64,000 bases of DNA from Sumerlaeia bacterium (GTDB lineage: Bacteria; Sumerlaeota; Sumerlaeia; SLMS01; JAHLLQ01): assembly GCA_040219255.1 (NCBI GenBank), contig JAVJSW010000001.1, positions 1 through 64,000 on the forward strand, read 5' to 3'. The notes under the pieces were generated by a model. It worked only from the letters and a program-made list of their open reading frames with translations. It ran no database searches and had not been told where the DNA came from. The position numbers and the translations under genes were made by a program. Positions 47,167 to 58,079 of this stretch are shown here, piece by piece. Numbering within the stretch: position 1 is the first letter of the stretch; every line of letters begins with the position of its first letter.

Positions 47167-50100
47167 ATGGATCAGGTGCTTCAACCGCTCTGGTGGCTCG
47201 AAGGGTGGGCCATGGGCCTTGGCTGGTGGCTGGTACTGGCGCTTTGGACGGTGCTGGCGCTGCCGCTGGCGCTGCGGGTGTTCCGGGGCTTGGCGGATCA
47301 GGGCGCCGGCCTGGCCCCGGGATTCGCCATCGCGGCGGTCAGCGCCTTGGCCTGGCTGATGAGCCTGCGGTGGTTCACTGACCCGACGGCGGCCAAGGTG
47401 CGGCTGCTCCTCCTGGTGGTGGCGGGCGGAGCGCTGGCGGCGCTGTTCTGGAAACGCAAAGCCATCCCACACGCCCCGGCCTATCTGGCGGTGGCCGGCG
47501 TGGTGGCGTTCTGCGCGTTCCTCCATCTGCCGCACGGTTTCCTGACAGTCTGGCTGGGGGCGCTGATGCTGGGGGGCCTGAGCGTCCTGGCCTGGTGGGG
47601 CGAGCTGGGGACCCTGATGCGGCGCTGGCGCCAGGTGCGCGTGCCGTTCCTCGTCTCGCAGATCGTTCTGCTGCTGGGCTTCGCGTTCTTTGTGCAGGTG
47701 CGGGCGATCATCCCATGGGCGACCTTCGACCCGGGCGAGTCGGGCGCCGAGAAGTTCGGCAACCTGACCCACCTGAACGCGGTGATGATGGCGAGCAGCC
47801 TGCCGCCGAGCGACCCCTGGTTCCACGGCCAGCCAACCAACTACTACTACGGCGGGCACCTGGTGGTGGCGACCATCGCCAAGGCGACTTTCACCGACAC
47901 AGGCGAGGCGTTCAATTTGGGGCTGGCGACGATTTTCGCCCTGACGCTTTGCCTGGGCTTTTCGCTGACCTACAACATGGTGCATTGCCTGCCGAGGCCC
48001 CGCTTGGGCGCCGTGCGATGGAGCCATGGGTTGGGCTGGGGCATGCTGGGGGCGCTCGCCATCGGGATGTTCGGGAACCTGGACGCGGTGCAGCAGGCGA
48101 TGGTTCGCAAGAGCGACGCCATCGAGCGCACGATCCGGACCGATTTCGAGCGCGAGTTGAAGCGCCAGCAGATGGTGGACGAGGAAGCCCTGACGGCGGC
48201 GGAGGCGGCGGCCCTGCCGAACCGCGAGGTGGATCGGCAGTTCATCGAAGCCTTTCCCGATCCGCAGAAGCAGCGCGAGTTGGCGGAGGCGCGGACGGAG
48301 CCGCTGGCGGAGGAGTTGGCGCGTGCGAGTCAGGGGGCGCTGATGCCCCAGTTTTCGGCGACATCGCTGGCCATGACCGATTTCTGGCGCAGCAGCCGCA
48401 CCTATAAGTCTTCGCCCCCGGGGATGAACCAGAGCGGCACGGTGACGGAGTTCCCTTACTTCAGCGCGATCCTGGGCGATCTGCATCCGCATCATATGGC
48501 GCTGCCGTTCACGCTGCTGGTGCTGTCGGCGATGGTATCGCTTTTGAGGAAAGCGCGCCGGTTCATCCCCACGCCGACCGATAGCGATTGGTGGCGCCGG
48601 TGCGCGATCGACGTGTGCGCCATGGGTTTGGGCATCGGATTTGTTTTCCCGGTGAATATCTGGGATGCGGTCGTGCTGGCGCCGGCGATCGGTCTGGTGC
48701 TGCTTGTGGCGGTGTACCGGGTGGGGCCGTTCCTGGAGCGAATGGAGCGTGACCTCTGGGGCGCGGTGGCGTTTGCCGGATTTGGAATTCTGCTGTCGCT
48801 GGGGTTGGCGCTTGTGCTGAACGCGCGGGCGGAGGCGGTGCCGGTATTCACGGTGGCGCCGCTGTGGTTGCTGGCGGTGGTGGCGGTCGTGGTGGCACTG
48901 GGGGTCTTTCCGCTGGGCAGTTTGTACGGCATCGCCCTTTTCGTGGGGGCGGTGTTCCTGGTTTGCGGCGGAGGATTCGCGGCAGGCATCTCCGCCGAAT
49001 CCAACGGCCTGCTGATCGGCGCCCGCGATGGGTTGCTGTTCATTGGCGTGATGGTGGCGGCCGCGCTTCTGACGGGCGAATTCTCGACCCGGCGCCGGGG
49101 GCGCATGCGGCCGATGGACGGCGTCCGGCGCTTCGCTCTGGCCGGTTCGGCGTACGCCCTTTGCGGCGGCCTGGCGCTGCTGACGATTCTGCCCTTCAAA
49201 GCCTACTTCGCTTCGCCCGTCGCCAAGACCGAGCCGATCATGGCCTCGGTGCTGCCGCCGGTGCCCGATCCCGGCTTGATGGAGAGCGGTGTGCGACTGA
49301 TGGACGAGTTCTGGAAGCGGTCGGCCATCAACCCCTTCCCCGCGAACCTGCGGACCGAGTTGAGGGATTACCTCGTGTACTGGGGATTGTTCCTGGTGCC
49401 GGTGATGGCGTTGATTCTGGTCCGGTTGTTTCGCGGCGCGCGCCGGGTGAACGGTGGCGTGGCCTTCGCCGCCTTTGGCGGGTTGATGGCGCTGTTCGCC
49501 TACACGCGCCACGCGCTGACGACATGGACCGGGCCGGTGGCGTTGGCGTTGCTGGCGGTGTCGCTGGTTATGGCGTTCCGCAAAGGCTCCCGCGCCCGCG
49601 ACGAAGCGCCCGTCTGGGCCTTCCTCGCGGTGGCGTTTTTCTTCCAGTGGTTCGTCGAGGGCCTGCACTTCGACGACAACATGAGCGGCGTCAACGAGCG
49701 CTACAACACGGTCTTCAAGATCATTTATCCGCTATGGCCGATGATGGCGGTGGCGGCGATTTTCGCGCTGGCGGGGCTGGGCCGATGGCTGACGAATCGC
49801 GCAGCGGGTTCGCGTGAAGGCGACGATTCGCTCCGCGGCCGCCTGACCGATCCCTATCTGGCGGGCGGGGTCTTCGGCGGGCTGGTCGCCGTGCCGTGGA
49901 TTCTGGGGGTGCTTGGCATGGGCGCGATTCAGGGGTTCTGGTATCTGCTCTGTGTCGTGGTGGCGGTGATCGTGATGGCGGCGCTCGCCCTGCAAGTCTT
50001 CGTTCCCGGCCTCAAGAGCGGCAACGGAGCGCTGGGCTGGCTGGCGCTGGTGGCGAGGACTTCGCCCGCGTGGCTGCTGGCGGCGGCGATGCTGCTGCTG

Positions 50101-50931
50101 GGAATGGTGTATCCCTATGGCGCCACGGCGAACCGGACGAACGATATGCAGGCCGGCGGTGCGCCGTTCTGGGTGCAGGAAAACGAGCGGGCGCGCTGGG
50201 AGGAAAAGACCCTGGACGCGATCGCTTACATGAAGGTCAAGGAGCGGGGCCGCTTTGCCGGCGACGCGGAAGCCATCGCCTTTGTCCGAGAAGAAATCCC
50301 CCGCGGCAGCGTTATCCTGGAAGCCCCCGGCATCGAACCCTACGGCCCCGGCGGGCGATTCGCCGCCACCACCGGGCGCCCGACGCTGATGGGCTGGATG
50401 CACCATGAACTGCAATGGCGCGGCTGGGGCATCCCGGCCCAGGCCCACCTGATCGAACGCTATGGAGCCCGGTTCAACGTCGACGAACTCGGGGTGCGGG
50501 AGGCCGTCAGGACGGCCCTCGGCGGCGGAGGCTACGACGCGGAAGTGGTCGCGAAGGTCAAGCGCCTCGCGACGCTGCCCGAAAAAGACCGTGAGAACGG
50601 TCTGGAGGAATCCTTTCCGGAGTTCGACGAGGACAAGCGCGAGCGCATCCTCGAAAACCTGAAGGACGCCAAGCGCCCCACAATGGTCGAACTGGGAGGC
50701 AAACTCTCGCAGGACGCCACGGACATCTATCAGGCGGAGACGCTGCCGCGCGATCTGATGGAATTCTACGGCATCGATTACGTGGTGGTGGGGGCGCTGG
50801 AGCGCGAGCGCTACACGGAGCGGCAACTCGAGAAGTTCGAGGCGCTGGAAAAAGTCTTCGAGCAGAAAAACGAGCAAGGGCTGCCGGTGAAAAACGGGAC
50901 CGCGATTTACCGCGTGGGAGGTGAGCAATGA
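47167..50931 (+). CDS. DUF2298 (YYY-motif) large membrane protein, probable GT-C glycosyltransferase
   Basis: GAEKF, PPSDPWFHG...NYYYGGH, FWRSSR, TEFPYFS.ILGDLHPH, N.WD, RYNTVFK, ILEAPG, PTLMGWMHHELQWRG, IDYVVVG.LE. Confidence 0.88.
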   Translation: MDQVLQPLWWLEGWAMGLGWWLVLALWTVLALPLALRVFRGLADQGAGLAPGFAIAAVSALAWLMSLRWFTDPTAAKVRLLLLVVAGGALAALFWKRKAIPHAPAYLAVAGVVAFCAFLHLPHGFLTVWLGALMLGGLSVLAWWGELGTLMRRWRQVRVPFLVSQIVLLLGFAFFVQVRAIIPWATFDPGESGAEKFGNLTHLNAVMMASSLPPSDPWFHGQPTNYYYGGHLVVATIAKATFTDTGEAFNLGLATIFALTLCLGFSLTYNMVHCLPRPRLGAVRWSHGLGWGMLGALAIGMFGNLDAVQQAMVRKSDAIERTIRTDFERELKRQQMVDEEALTAAEAAALPNREVDRQFIEAFPDPQKQRELAEARTEPLAEELARASQGALMPQFSATSLAMTDFWRSSRTYKSSPPGMNQSGTVTEFPYFSAILGDLHPHHMALPFTLLVLSAMVSLLRKARRFIPTPTDSDWWRRCAIDVCAMGLGIGFVFPVNIWDAVVLAPAIGLVLLVAVYRVGPFLERMERDLWGAVAFAGFGILLSLGLALVLNARAEAVPVFTVAPLWLLAVVAVVVALGVFPLGSLYGIALFVGAVFLVCGGGFAAGISAESNGLLIGARDGLLFIGVMVAAALLTGEFSTRRRGRMRPMDGVRRFALAGSAYALCGGLALLTILPFKAYFASPVAKTEPIMASVLPPVPDPGLMESGVRLMDEFWKRSAINPFPANLRTELRDYLVYWGLFLVPVMALILVRLFRGARRVNGGVAFAAFGGLMALFAYTRHALTTWTGPVALALLAVSLVMAFRKGSRARDEAPVWAFLAVAFFFQWFVEGLHFDDNMSGVNERYNTVFKIIYPLWPMMAVAAIFALAGLGRWLTNRAAGSREGDDSLRGRLTDPYLAGGVFGGLVAVPWILGVLGMGAIQGFWYLLCVVVAVIVMAALALQVFVPGLKSGNGALGWLALVARTSPAWLLAAAMLLLGMVYPYGATANRTNDMQAGGAPFWVQENERARWEEKTLDAIAYMKVKERGRFAGDAEAIAFVREEIPRGSVILEAPGIEPYGPGGRFAATTGRPTLMGWMHHELQWRGWGIPAQAHLIERYGARFNVDELGVREAVRTALGGGGYDAEVVAKVKRLATLPEKDRENGLEESFPEFDEDKRERILENLKDAKRPTMVELGGKLSQDATDIYQAETLPRDLMEFYGIDYVVVGALERERYTERQLEKFEALEKVFEQKNEQGLPVKNGTAIYRVGGEQ

Positions 50932-53579
50932 GTACGAAAACTCTGATCGCCTCCCTCTCCGACGACAAAGGACAACCGATGACCAACGCCCAGGAATCCC
51001 TCGAAATCAAGGAAGCGGCTTCGCCCCTGGCAGCCGCCCCAGCTCCGCCGAGCTGGTGGACGCCGTGGCGCATCGCCTTCTTCGTCCTCCTGGTGGCCAC
51101 CTGTTTCTTCACGCGGTTCTACGACCTGGGCACGCGGCCCATCATGCACGACGAGTCGCTCTTCGTTTACTACACGGAATTCCAGCTCCACCGCGAACTG
51201 AGCTACAAATACATGCCGATCCTCCACGGACCGGCCATGCTGCACATCCAGGCCCTGGTGTTCCACATATTCGGCGTCAGCGACTACACGATGCGCATCG
51301 GTGTGGCGGCGCTCGGGTTCTTCGGACTGTTTTGGATTTGGGCACTCAGGCGATGGCTCGGCAACGTGGGCATTTGGGTCGCGATGGCGTTCTATGTGTT
51401 CTCGCCGGCGCTGATGTTTTATCAGCGATTCTACCGGAACGACGCGCTCTTCGCGTTCACGACGCTGTGGATTTTCGCGTCGGCGGTGCGATGGTGGCAC
51501 AGCCGCGATGCGCGCTGGGCGGCCAGCTTCATCCTGGCCTGCACGATCCTGTTCTGTAACAAGGAAAGCAGCCTCTTCATCTACTTCACGGCTATCACGT
51601 TCTTTGTGATGCTGATCGTGCATGACTTGGCGGCGTGGTTGCTGCGCGATAAATCGACGAATCGGGTCGTGGAGAAGCCCCCCTTCATTCACCCCGCCAT
51701 CGGCGCCGGAATCGTGTTCGTGTTTGTGACACTGGTGCTGACGCGCGTGTTCGAAGGCATTGCCTACGAAGCCTCCGTGGTGCGGGCCATCGGAAAGGAT
51801 TTTGTCCTGAAGGACGTGCGCAGCATTCCCATGGCGCTGGGCTGGCAACCGGCTGTCGAAGACGTCGGCCGGGCCGGCGATCCGGGGACGTGGCGGATCT
51901 TCTACGTGGTGCTGGCGGCCGGGTCGCTGGCGCTGATGGTGGCGCTGAAGAAAGCCATCGACGGCGGCTGGGGCCGCAGCGCTTTCCTGAGCGATTACTG
52001 GGGTTCGGTCCGCAAGGCTCGCTGGTGGATTCTCGGCGCCCTGGGCCTTGGATTCTTCCTCTACATGGCGATTTTCACCACATACTTTCTCAACACCAAA
52101 GGCCCCTTCGAACTCTACAAGGACACGCTGGCGTACTGGATGGGTCAGAACGCCCAGCATCGCATCAAGGGCCCCTTCCACATGCACTTGGTCAATATGC
52201 TGATTTACGAACTGCCGATGATGACCACGGTGCTGGTGGCGGCGATCGTGGCGAGTTTGCGCATCGCCTGGAACCGCGTCACCCCGGTCAGTTTGTTCCT
52301 GGTGGCGGTGGCGTTTTTCGGGTTCCACGCGCTCTTTTTCCGCGGCTCCGAGCAGCCCATGATCTACTTCCTGGCGCTGACCATCGGATGCGTGGCGCTG
52401 GGCATCGCCCTGCTGCTGCGGCCGCATTGGGGCACAGTCTTGTATCCGCTGGGTTTCGCCCTGTTTCTGGTTTTCTCCGCGCAATACCTGGGCAGCACGG
52501 AAATGGACACTTACCTGACCGAGCCGCACGTGGTCGATGGCGTTCAGATCGATCCTTCGGGCCGGGTTCATCTGGACGAAACGCTGTCGCTGGAGCATCC
52601 CTTCCACCTGTTCCTCATCGCGTTCCTGGTGCTGGGCGGGACGGTGCTGACATGGCACAAGATCGACCGGGGCGAGCGCTTCCACGGGCTCGCCATCTGG
52701 TGGCTGATCACCAACATCGGCGCCGTGTCCTATGCGCGCGAGAAAGTGCCATGGGTGGGCATCCACCTGGCACTGCCGCTGGTGTTCCTGACGGGCCTCT
52801 GGGCCCAGAAATGGGCGGTGCGGCTGGCGGAGAAGAAAGGCACCTGGCGCGGCGTATCCGTCGGCCAGACGGTGGCCATGGCGCTGCTGGCGGTGGCGCT
52901 CCTGTGGCAGAGCAAAGCGGCCTTCCAGCTCTGTTTCCGCAACCATTGGGACATCCGCGAGCGACTGATCTTCAGCATGACCCCCGACGACCTGAAGCAC
53001 CACGCCGACATGGTGCAGCGCTACGCCGAAGTGGCCGGCATCCGCACCACGCCCCATCACTTCCAGGGAACCACCAATAACCCCACGGTGGCGGAATGGC
53101 TGGCCTTCTACAACGATCCGAAGCGCGAGAAGGACGTCCAGATCCTGGTCAAGGCGGAGGCCACGACCTGGCCCTTGATGTGGTATCTGCGCGACCTGGA
53201 CTACACCCAATGGGTCGATCCGAAAACCGCCGTTGAGCAGGACTACGAGTTTCTGTTCCTGGAGGCCGCGCAGGAAAACAACGTCCCCGGCCTAAAGGAC
53301 AAGTACCACGTCATCAAGGGGCGGGCACGTATGTTCTGGACCCCGAAGGTTCTGGAGTGGGACAAGCTGGTGGATGCGTGGAAGCTCCTGATTCCGGGCC
53401 ATTACCTAAACACATCGCCCCAGCGCGCCGAGGCCGACGCCGCCAAGCAAGAGTGGGACAAGCTGAAGAACTACGTCCTGCATCGCCACACGTTTGACCG
53501 CAATGACGCGTATTGGCCCACGGTTTCCAGCCAGGGCGATTACCTGTTCTGCATCCACAAGGACCTGCCGCCATTTTAA
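50928..53579 (+). CDS. TIGR03663/Agl23-like GT-C (PMT-like) membrane protein
   Basis: RFYDLG.RPIMHDES, Y.Y.PILHGP, RFYRND, KE, YW, EKVPW, WPLMWYLR. ATGA overlap with the DUF2298 gene. Confidence 0.85.
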   Translation: MSTKTLIASLSDDKGQPMTNAQESLEIKEAASPLAAAPAPPSWWTPWRIAFFVLLVATCFFTRFYDLGTRPIMHDESLFVYYTEFQLHRELSYKYMPILHGPAMLHIQALVFHIFGVSDYTMRIGVAALGFFGLFWIWALRRWLGNVGIWVAMAFYVFSPALMFYQRFYRNDALFAFTTLWIFASAVRWWHSRDARWAASFILACTILFCNKESSLFIYFTAITFFVMLIVHDLAAWLLRDKSTNRVVEKPPFIHPAIGAGIVFVFVTLVLTRVFEGIAYEASVVRAIGKDFVLKDVRSIPMALGWQPAVEDVGRAGDPGTWRIFYVVLAAGSLALMVALKKAIDGGWGRSAFLSDYWGSVRKARWWILGALGLGFFLYMAIFTTYFLNTKGPFELYKDTLAYWMGQNAQHRIKGPFHMHLVNMLIYELPMMTTVLVAAIVASLRIAWNRVTPVSLFLVAVAFFGFHALFFRGSEQPMIYFLALTIGCVALGIALLLRPHWGTVLYPLGFALFLVFSAQYLGSTEMDTYLTEPHVVDGVQIDPSGRVHLDETLSLEHPFHLFLIAFLVLGGTVLTWHKIDRGERFHGLAIWWLITNIGAVSYAREKVPWVGIHLALPLVFLTGLWAQKWAVRLAEKKGTWRGVSVGQTVAMALLAVALLWQSKAAFQLCFRNHWDIRERLIFSMTPDDLKHHADMVQRYAEVAGIRTTPHHFQGTTNNPTVAEWLAFYNDPKREKDVQILVKAEATTWPLMWYLRDLDYTQWVDPKTAVEQDYEFLFLEAAQENNVPGLKDKYHVIKGRARMFWTPKVLEWDKLVDAWKLLIPGHYLNTSPQRAEADAAKQEWDKLKNYVLHRHTFDRNDAYWPTVSSQGDYLFCIHKDLPPF

Positions 53580-53773
53580 GGAGTCATGGCCGTCGTGGCC
53601 ATGATCAGCGGGCCTCGGCCCACGCCGCGACGCCTGCTGGCGGGAGCGCATGAAAAAGGCGGCGGCGCCCCAAGATGCCCTTTGTAATCCGCGGCAACCC
53701 GGTGCAGCCTCTGTCCGGTTTGCGCCGGGCAGTGAATCGGCGCGCCATTTTTCATTTTTTCCAGGACTCCTAC

Positions 53774-55129
53774 ATGCCCACTTTCGCCGAACTCCAACTC
53801 GATCCCGCCCTCCTCGCCGCCGTGGAGGGCATCGGTTGGCATACGCCCACGGAGATCCAGCAGCGGGCCATTCCGCCCCTGATCGAAGGCCGCGATTTCC
53901 TAGGCCGTTCTCAGACCGGCACAGGCAAGACGGGCGCCTTCGCGCTGGCGCTGCTGCAAAGCATCCTGGCCGAGGGCGAGGAGCGCGATCACCGCATCCG
54001 GGCGCTGGTGATGGCGCCGACGCGCGAACTGGCGGCCCAGGTCCACCTGAACCTGAGCACCCTGGCGGCCCGCACGGAACTCAGGGGCCTGCTGGTTCGC
54101 GGCGGCGAGGACACCATGGAGGCCGAGGAACACGCACTGCGCCAAGGCGCCGCCTGGATCGTCGCTACACCGGGGCGCCTGCGCGATCACCTCACGCGGG
54201 GCAACTACGTCGATACGTCGGCGGTCCGGATCCTGGTGGTCGACGAAGCGGACGAAATGCTGATCCTGGGCTTCCTGGAGGACTTACAGGCCATCGTGTC
54301 TTGCCTGACCTGTCCCGAACGCCAAACGATTCTCTTCGGCGCCACGCTGCCGCCGGACTTGCAGCAGTTGGCGCATACTCTCCTCACCCGGCCGGTGCGG
54401 ATGGACGTCGGCGAAGCGGGCGCTGCGGAAACCGTGACAGAGGAAGCGTGGCCCGTGGCCCATGAGCAGAAGCTCGAATTCCTGCTGGCGCTCTCGGAGG
54501 CGGAGCAGATCGACCGGGCCCTGGTCTTCGTGCGCACCAAGGTGCGGGCCGAGAAGCTGGTGGCCCGGCTTCTCCGCAAGGATATCGCCGCCGTCGCTCT
54601 GCACTCCGACCGCCCCATGCACGAACGACGCCGGGCGCTGGAGACCTTCCAAAACGGCGAGGCGCGCTTTCTGGTGGCGACGGATCTGGCGGCGCGGGGG
54701 CTGGACATCCCAGGCGTCGAATGGGTCGTGAACCTCGACGTGCCATTGGCGCCCGAGGACTATGTCCACCGCATCGGCCGCACGGGCCGCGCGGGGCGCA
54801 AGGGCCGCGCCGCGACCTTCATGTCCCTGGCCGAGCAGGTTCTGGTCGCCAAGATCGAGCACTACACCCGCAAGCGCTTGCCCGAACGACGCCTCGAAGG
54901 CTTTGCCTACGAGGTGGAAGACGCCGACGCGGTGCGGGAAATCCAAGCCCGCGAGCGCGCCCCCGCCGATTACAGCACCCGCAAGACCCACAAGGACCGC
55001 AAGAAATCGCCCTTTACCAAGGGCGGGGAGGCCCGGCGCGGCTTTGAAGTCTTCGATGCGGACAAGCACTACAAGAAGAAGGCCAAAAAGCGCTTCAAAA
55101 TGAAGAAGCGCCTGCCGCACGAACGCTGA
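53774..55129 (+). CDS. DEAD-box RNA helicase
   Basis: Q motif, QTGTGKT, PTRELA, TPGR, DEAD, ARGLD, HRIGRTGR; basic C-terminal tail. Confidence 0.96.
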   Translation: MPTFAELQLDPALLAAVEGIGWHTPTEIQQRAIPPLIEGRDFLGRSQTGTGKTGAFALALLQSILAEGEERDHRIRALVMAPTRELAAQVHLNLSTLAARTELRGLLVRGGEDTMEAEEHALRQGAAWIVATPGRLRDHLTRGNYVDTSAVRILVVDEADEMLILGFLEDLQAIVSCLTCPERQTILFGATLPPDLQQLAHTLLTRPVRMDVGEAGAAETVTEEAWPVAHEQKLEFLLALSEAEQIDRALVFVRTKVRAEKLVARLLRKDIAAVALHSDRPMHERRRALETFQNGEARFLVATDLAARGLDIPGVEWVVNLDVPLAPEDYVHRIGRTGRAGRKGRAATFMSLAEQVLVAKIEHYTRKRLPERRLEGFAYEVEDADAVREIQARERAPADYSTRKTHKDRKKSPFTKGGEARRGFEVFDADKHYKKKAKKRFKMKKRLPHER

Positions 55130-55141
55130 GGCGGAACCGGG

Positions 55142-56914
55142 TCAGACCGCCATCTTGCGCTGCGAATCGCCACTGGGATGCAGTTCACGATCGATTTCAC
55201 CGTTCGGAATGGCGGAGGCGGCTTCCGGGTTGAGAGGAAACCACAGAGTCACCCGCGCTCCGCAGGGGTCGCGTTTTTCGAACTGGGCGCGGCCATTGTG
55301 GACTTCGACGTGGCTTTTCACGATCGACAGCCCCAAGCCCGTGCCACCGGGTTTTTCCGTGTAAAACGGCGTGAAGAGCCGCGCGAGGGCTTCGTCGCTG
55401 AATCCGGGGCCCGAGTCCTCCACGATGATGGCGACCCCCCGCACGCCGTTTTCGTCTTCCTGCACCTCCGTGGTCAGGACGATTTCACCCCCCAGGCCCG
55501 CCAGTTGAACGGCCTCGATGGCGTTGCGGCACACGTTGGAGATGGCTTCTTCGACGCGTTCGCGGCAAATCAGAACGTCTGGCAGGTGCGGCGCCAGGTA
55601 GGTCCGCACGACAGGCGCCCCGGTATCCGAATCGGCGCCCTCGGACTCGAACCGCAGCAGCGTCGCGGCCCGCTCGACCATGGCATTGATGTCCTCCGGC
55701 TCGAAGGTCACGGCGGGTTTCTTCGCCATGTTCAGGAGCTGCCGCACCTTGCGGTCGATGGCTTCCACCTCTTCCGAAATGATCTCCAGGTGGCGCAGGA
55801 ATCGGGTTCGATGGGGGAAATCCTCATCCGACATGTCGTCCAGCTTGTCGCGCATCATTTCCGTGTACCCCTTGATGGGGCCGAGCGGATTCTTGATTTC
55901 GTGAGCGATGCGGGCGGCGGTTTCGCCCACCACGGAGAGGCGCTCGGCGCGGCGCAGGCGCTCGCGCGTGTCGCGGAGCTGGAGCTGCGAGTCGCGGAAC
56001 AGTTCGCGGTACTCCGCCACCCGCCGGAACATCACCCGGTCGAACATCGAACGCACCCGCGGCATGCTGGCCGCGATCACGAACAAGACGATGGTGACGA
56101 AGATGGTTGCCTGCACCGTGCGGGCCAGCAGCACCTTGCCCGCGACGCCCTCGTAGGCGGTGTAGAGCAACACGCTGACCGCGAAGCCCACGAGGACCGC
56201 GGCGGTGTAGTAAATCCAGCGCGAGAGCGCCATGGGGCGCTCGATCTCCTCCTGGCGAATGACCGCCAGGATGCTGAACTGGGCGATGAAAACGGCCAGC
56301 AGGCTTGGGCTCGGGGCCAGGGTTTCACCGCTGGTCTTCGTCGTGACGGCGAAAACCGAGGCGAAGGCGATGGGGCCGATGATGACGATCGAGAGATGCT
56401 TGCAAAGCGTCCGCACCGGGCTGGGGCCGATGGTTTCGTAGCGCACCGCCAGAACCACCATGCACCCCAGCACCATCACGATGCCGTAGAAAGTGGGCCA
56501 GACGCCCCCGGCCTCGAAGAAGGCGCGCCACTGCTCGCCGGTGTAGAAATTGCTCGTCAGTTTTTCCTGAGCCAGGACCCGGTAGTCCAGCAGCGGCGTC
56601 AGCAGCACCGGCGGCAAGAACAACGCCGCCAGCACCCAAGGCTGGGTCCAGCCGGGGCGGAAAGGCTTGGGCCGAGTGCCGACGAAGTACAACAGGTTGG
56701 CGGGTACGAGAAGGAGCGCGAAGCACGCCAGGGCCAGGACACGGGACTCGTGCATCCACTCCCAGGCCTGAACCCCGGCGGACCACAGAATCAGCGAAAT
56801 CGCATTCACCACCAGGAAGAATCCCGACCGCGTCCGGTCCCGTTCCCGCACCACATAGGCGATGATGATCAGGTTGAGGAGGATGATGGCGGTGATGGGA
56901 ATCCAGTGTAACAT
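55142..56914 (-). CDS. Multi-TM sensor histidine kinase
   Basis: N-terminal multi-TM region; AHEIKNPL; N box; DSGPG; FTPFYTEK; GTGLGL. Confidence 0.93.
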   Translation of the reverse strand: MLHWIPITAIILLNLIIIAYVVRERDRTRSGFFLVVNAISLILWSAGVQAWEWMHESRVLALACFALLLVPANLLYFVGTRPKPFRPGWTQPWVLAALFLPPVLLTPLLDYRVLAQEKLTSNFYTGEQWRAFFEAGGVWPTFYGIVMVLGCMVVLAVRYETIGPSPVRTLCKHLSIVIIGPIAFASVFAVTTKTSGETLAPSPSLLAVFIAQFSILAVIRQEEIERPMALSRWIYYTAAVLVGFAVSVLLYTAYEGVAGKVLLARTVQATIFVTIVLFVIAASMPRVRSMFDRVMFRRVAEYRELFRDSQLQLRDTRERLRRAERLSVVGETAARIAHEIKNPLGPIKGYTEMMRDKLDDMSDEDFPHRTRFLRHLEIISEEVEAIDRKVRQLLNMAKKPAVTFEPEDINAMVERAATLLRFESEGADSDTGAPVVRTYLAPHLPDVLICRERVEEAISNVCRNAIEAVQLAGLGGEIVLTTEVQEDENGVRGVAIIVEDSGPGFSDEALARLFTPFYTEKPGGTGLGLSIVKSHVEVHNGRAQFEKRDPCGARVTLWFPLNPEAASAIPNGEIDRELHPSGDSQRKMAV

Positions 56915-57043
56915 GAAAACTTGACAGTCTCCCGGCCTGCACCGACGAGTGAAGCAATCGGGTGGCGCCTTAGCGAGACGAAAGTGCTCTGGAATGTGCC
57001 GTGAGAGCCCAATGAGACTTCGAAGCGGGAAGGAATTTCCCCA

Positions 57044-58060
57044 TTGCCGCCTTCAGCCCATTCCCCCCACGCTTTCAATTTGTTGGCTTCTATCGAAGAG
57101 GCTGACGTATTTGAGGTGACGCAGAGGTTTTCCGTGCCCGAACCGAACCCGGACGATACCGGGCCGTTCCAGCAAAACCTGATCGACGAAGATCTGGAGG
57201 CGCTCGATGAGGGCGCCCTGCGATCCCGGTTGCGCGAAGTGCAGCGTCAGCTCGAGGCCGCCCACAGCCAGGAAAGCGAACTGCAACGGCGCCTGAAAGA
57301 CGTCCTGAGCGCCAGCCAGCGCCAGCTCGGCGAGATCGCCCGCGTCCACTCCCGCTTTCTCCCCAACCGCTTTCCCATTCTCGGAGGCCTCGGCTTCGCC
57401 GCCAATTGCCGCCCCTGCGCCGATGTGGGCGGCGATTTCTACGATGTCTTCGAATTGCGCGATGGCCGCGTCGCTTTCTGCATGGCCGACGTCTCTGGCC
57501 ACGGCGCCATGGCCGCCATCAGCATGGCCACCACCCGCGCCCTGCTGCGAACCGCTCTGATCGAAGCGGAACCGGTCGATCAGCCCTCCGACGTCCTCGC
57601 CCGCCTGTCCTATTGGTTTGGCCCGCAGCTCGACGATGAGCAGTTCGTCACCATGTGGCTGGGCATTTATGACCCGCCGACGTGCCTGCTCTCCTACGCC
57701 AGCGCCGCTCATCCCTCAGCCATTCTCTGGCGCAAAGAAAAAGACGACCCGGAATACATCCCCGTCGAGCCCACCGTGCCCTTGGGCATCAGCGGCATCG
57801 TGCCGCCCCCAGCCGAAGACGGCATGCTCAAGCTCAAGCCCGGCGACCGCGTCCTGCTCTACACCGACGGATGGACCGAAACGCCGTCGCGCACAGGCGA
57901 GGTCCTGGACGGCGAACGCTTCCTGGAGTTCTTCGCCAACACCCAAGGCCAGATGCTGGCTCACGTGCCGCTCATGATGTTCATGGATTTCGAGCGCCAC
58001 GCCGTCGGCACCCGCATCCGCGACGATTTGAGTCTGCTGGTGATGGATCGGGTCCAGTGA
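57044..58060 (+). CDS. PP2C/SpoIIE family phosphatase with N-terminal coiled coil
   Basis: VGGDFYD, ADVSGHG, FVT, LYTDG, DDLS. Start uncertain (possibly GTG 57116). Confidence 0.92.
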   Translation: MPPSAHSPHAFNLLASIEEADVFEVTQRFSVPEPNPDDTGPFQQNLIDEDLEALDEGALRSRLREVQRQLEAAHSQESELQRRLKDVLSASQRQLGEIARVHSRFLPNRFPILGGLGFAANCRPCADVGGDFYDVFELRDGRVAFCMADVSGHGAMAAISMATTRALLRTALIEAEPVDQPSDVLARLSYWFGPQLDDEQFVTMWLGIYDPPTCLLSYASAAHPSAILWRKEKDDPEYIPVEPTVPLGISGIVPPPAEDGMLKLKPGDRVLLYTDGWTETPSRTGEVLDGERFLEFFANTQGQMLAHVPLMMFMDFERHAVGTRIRDDLSLLVMDRVQ

Positions 58061-58079
58061 CGCGAGGCAAGCCGCCCTC

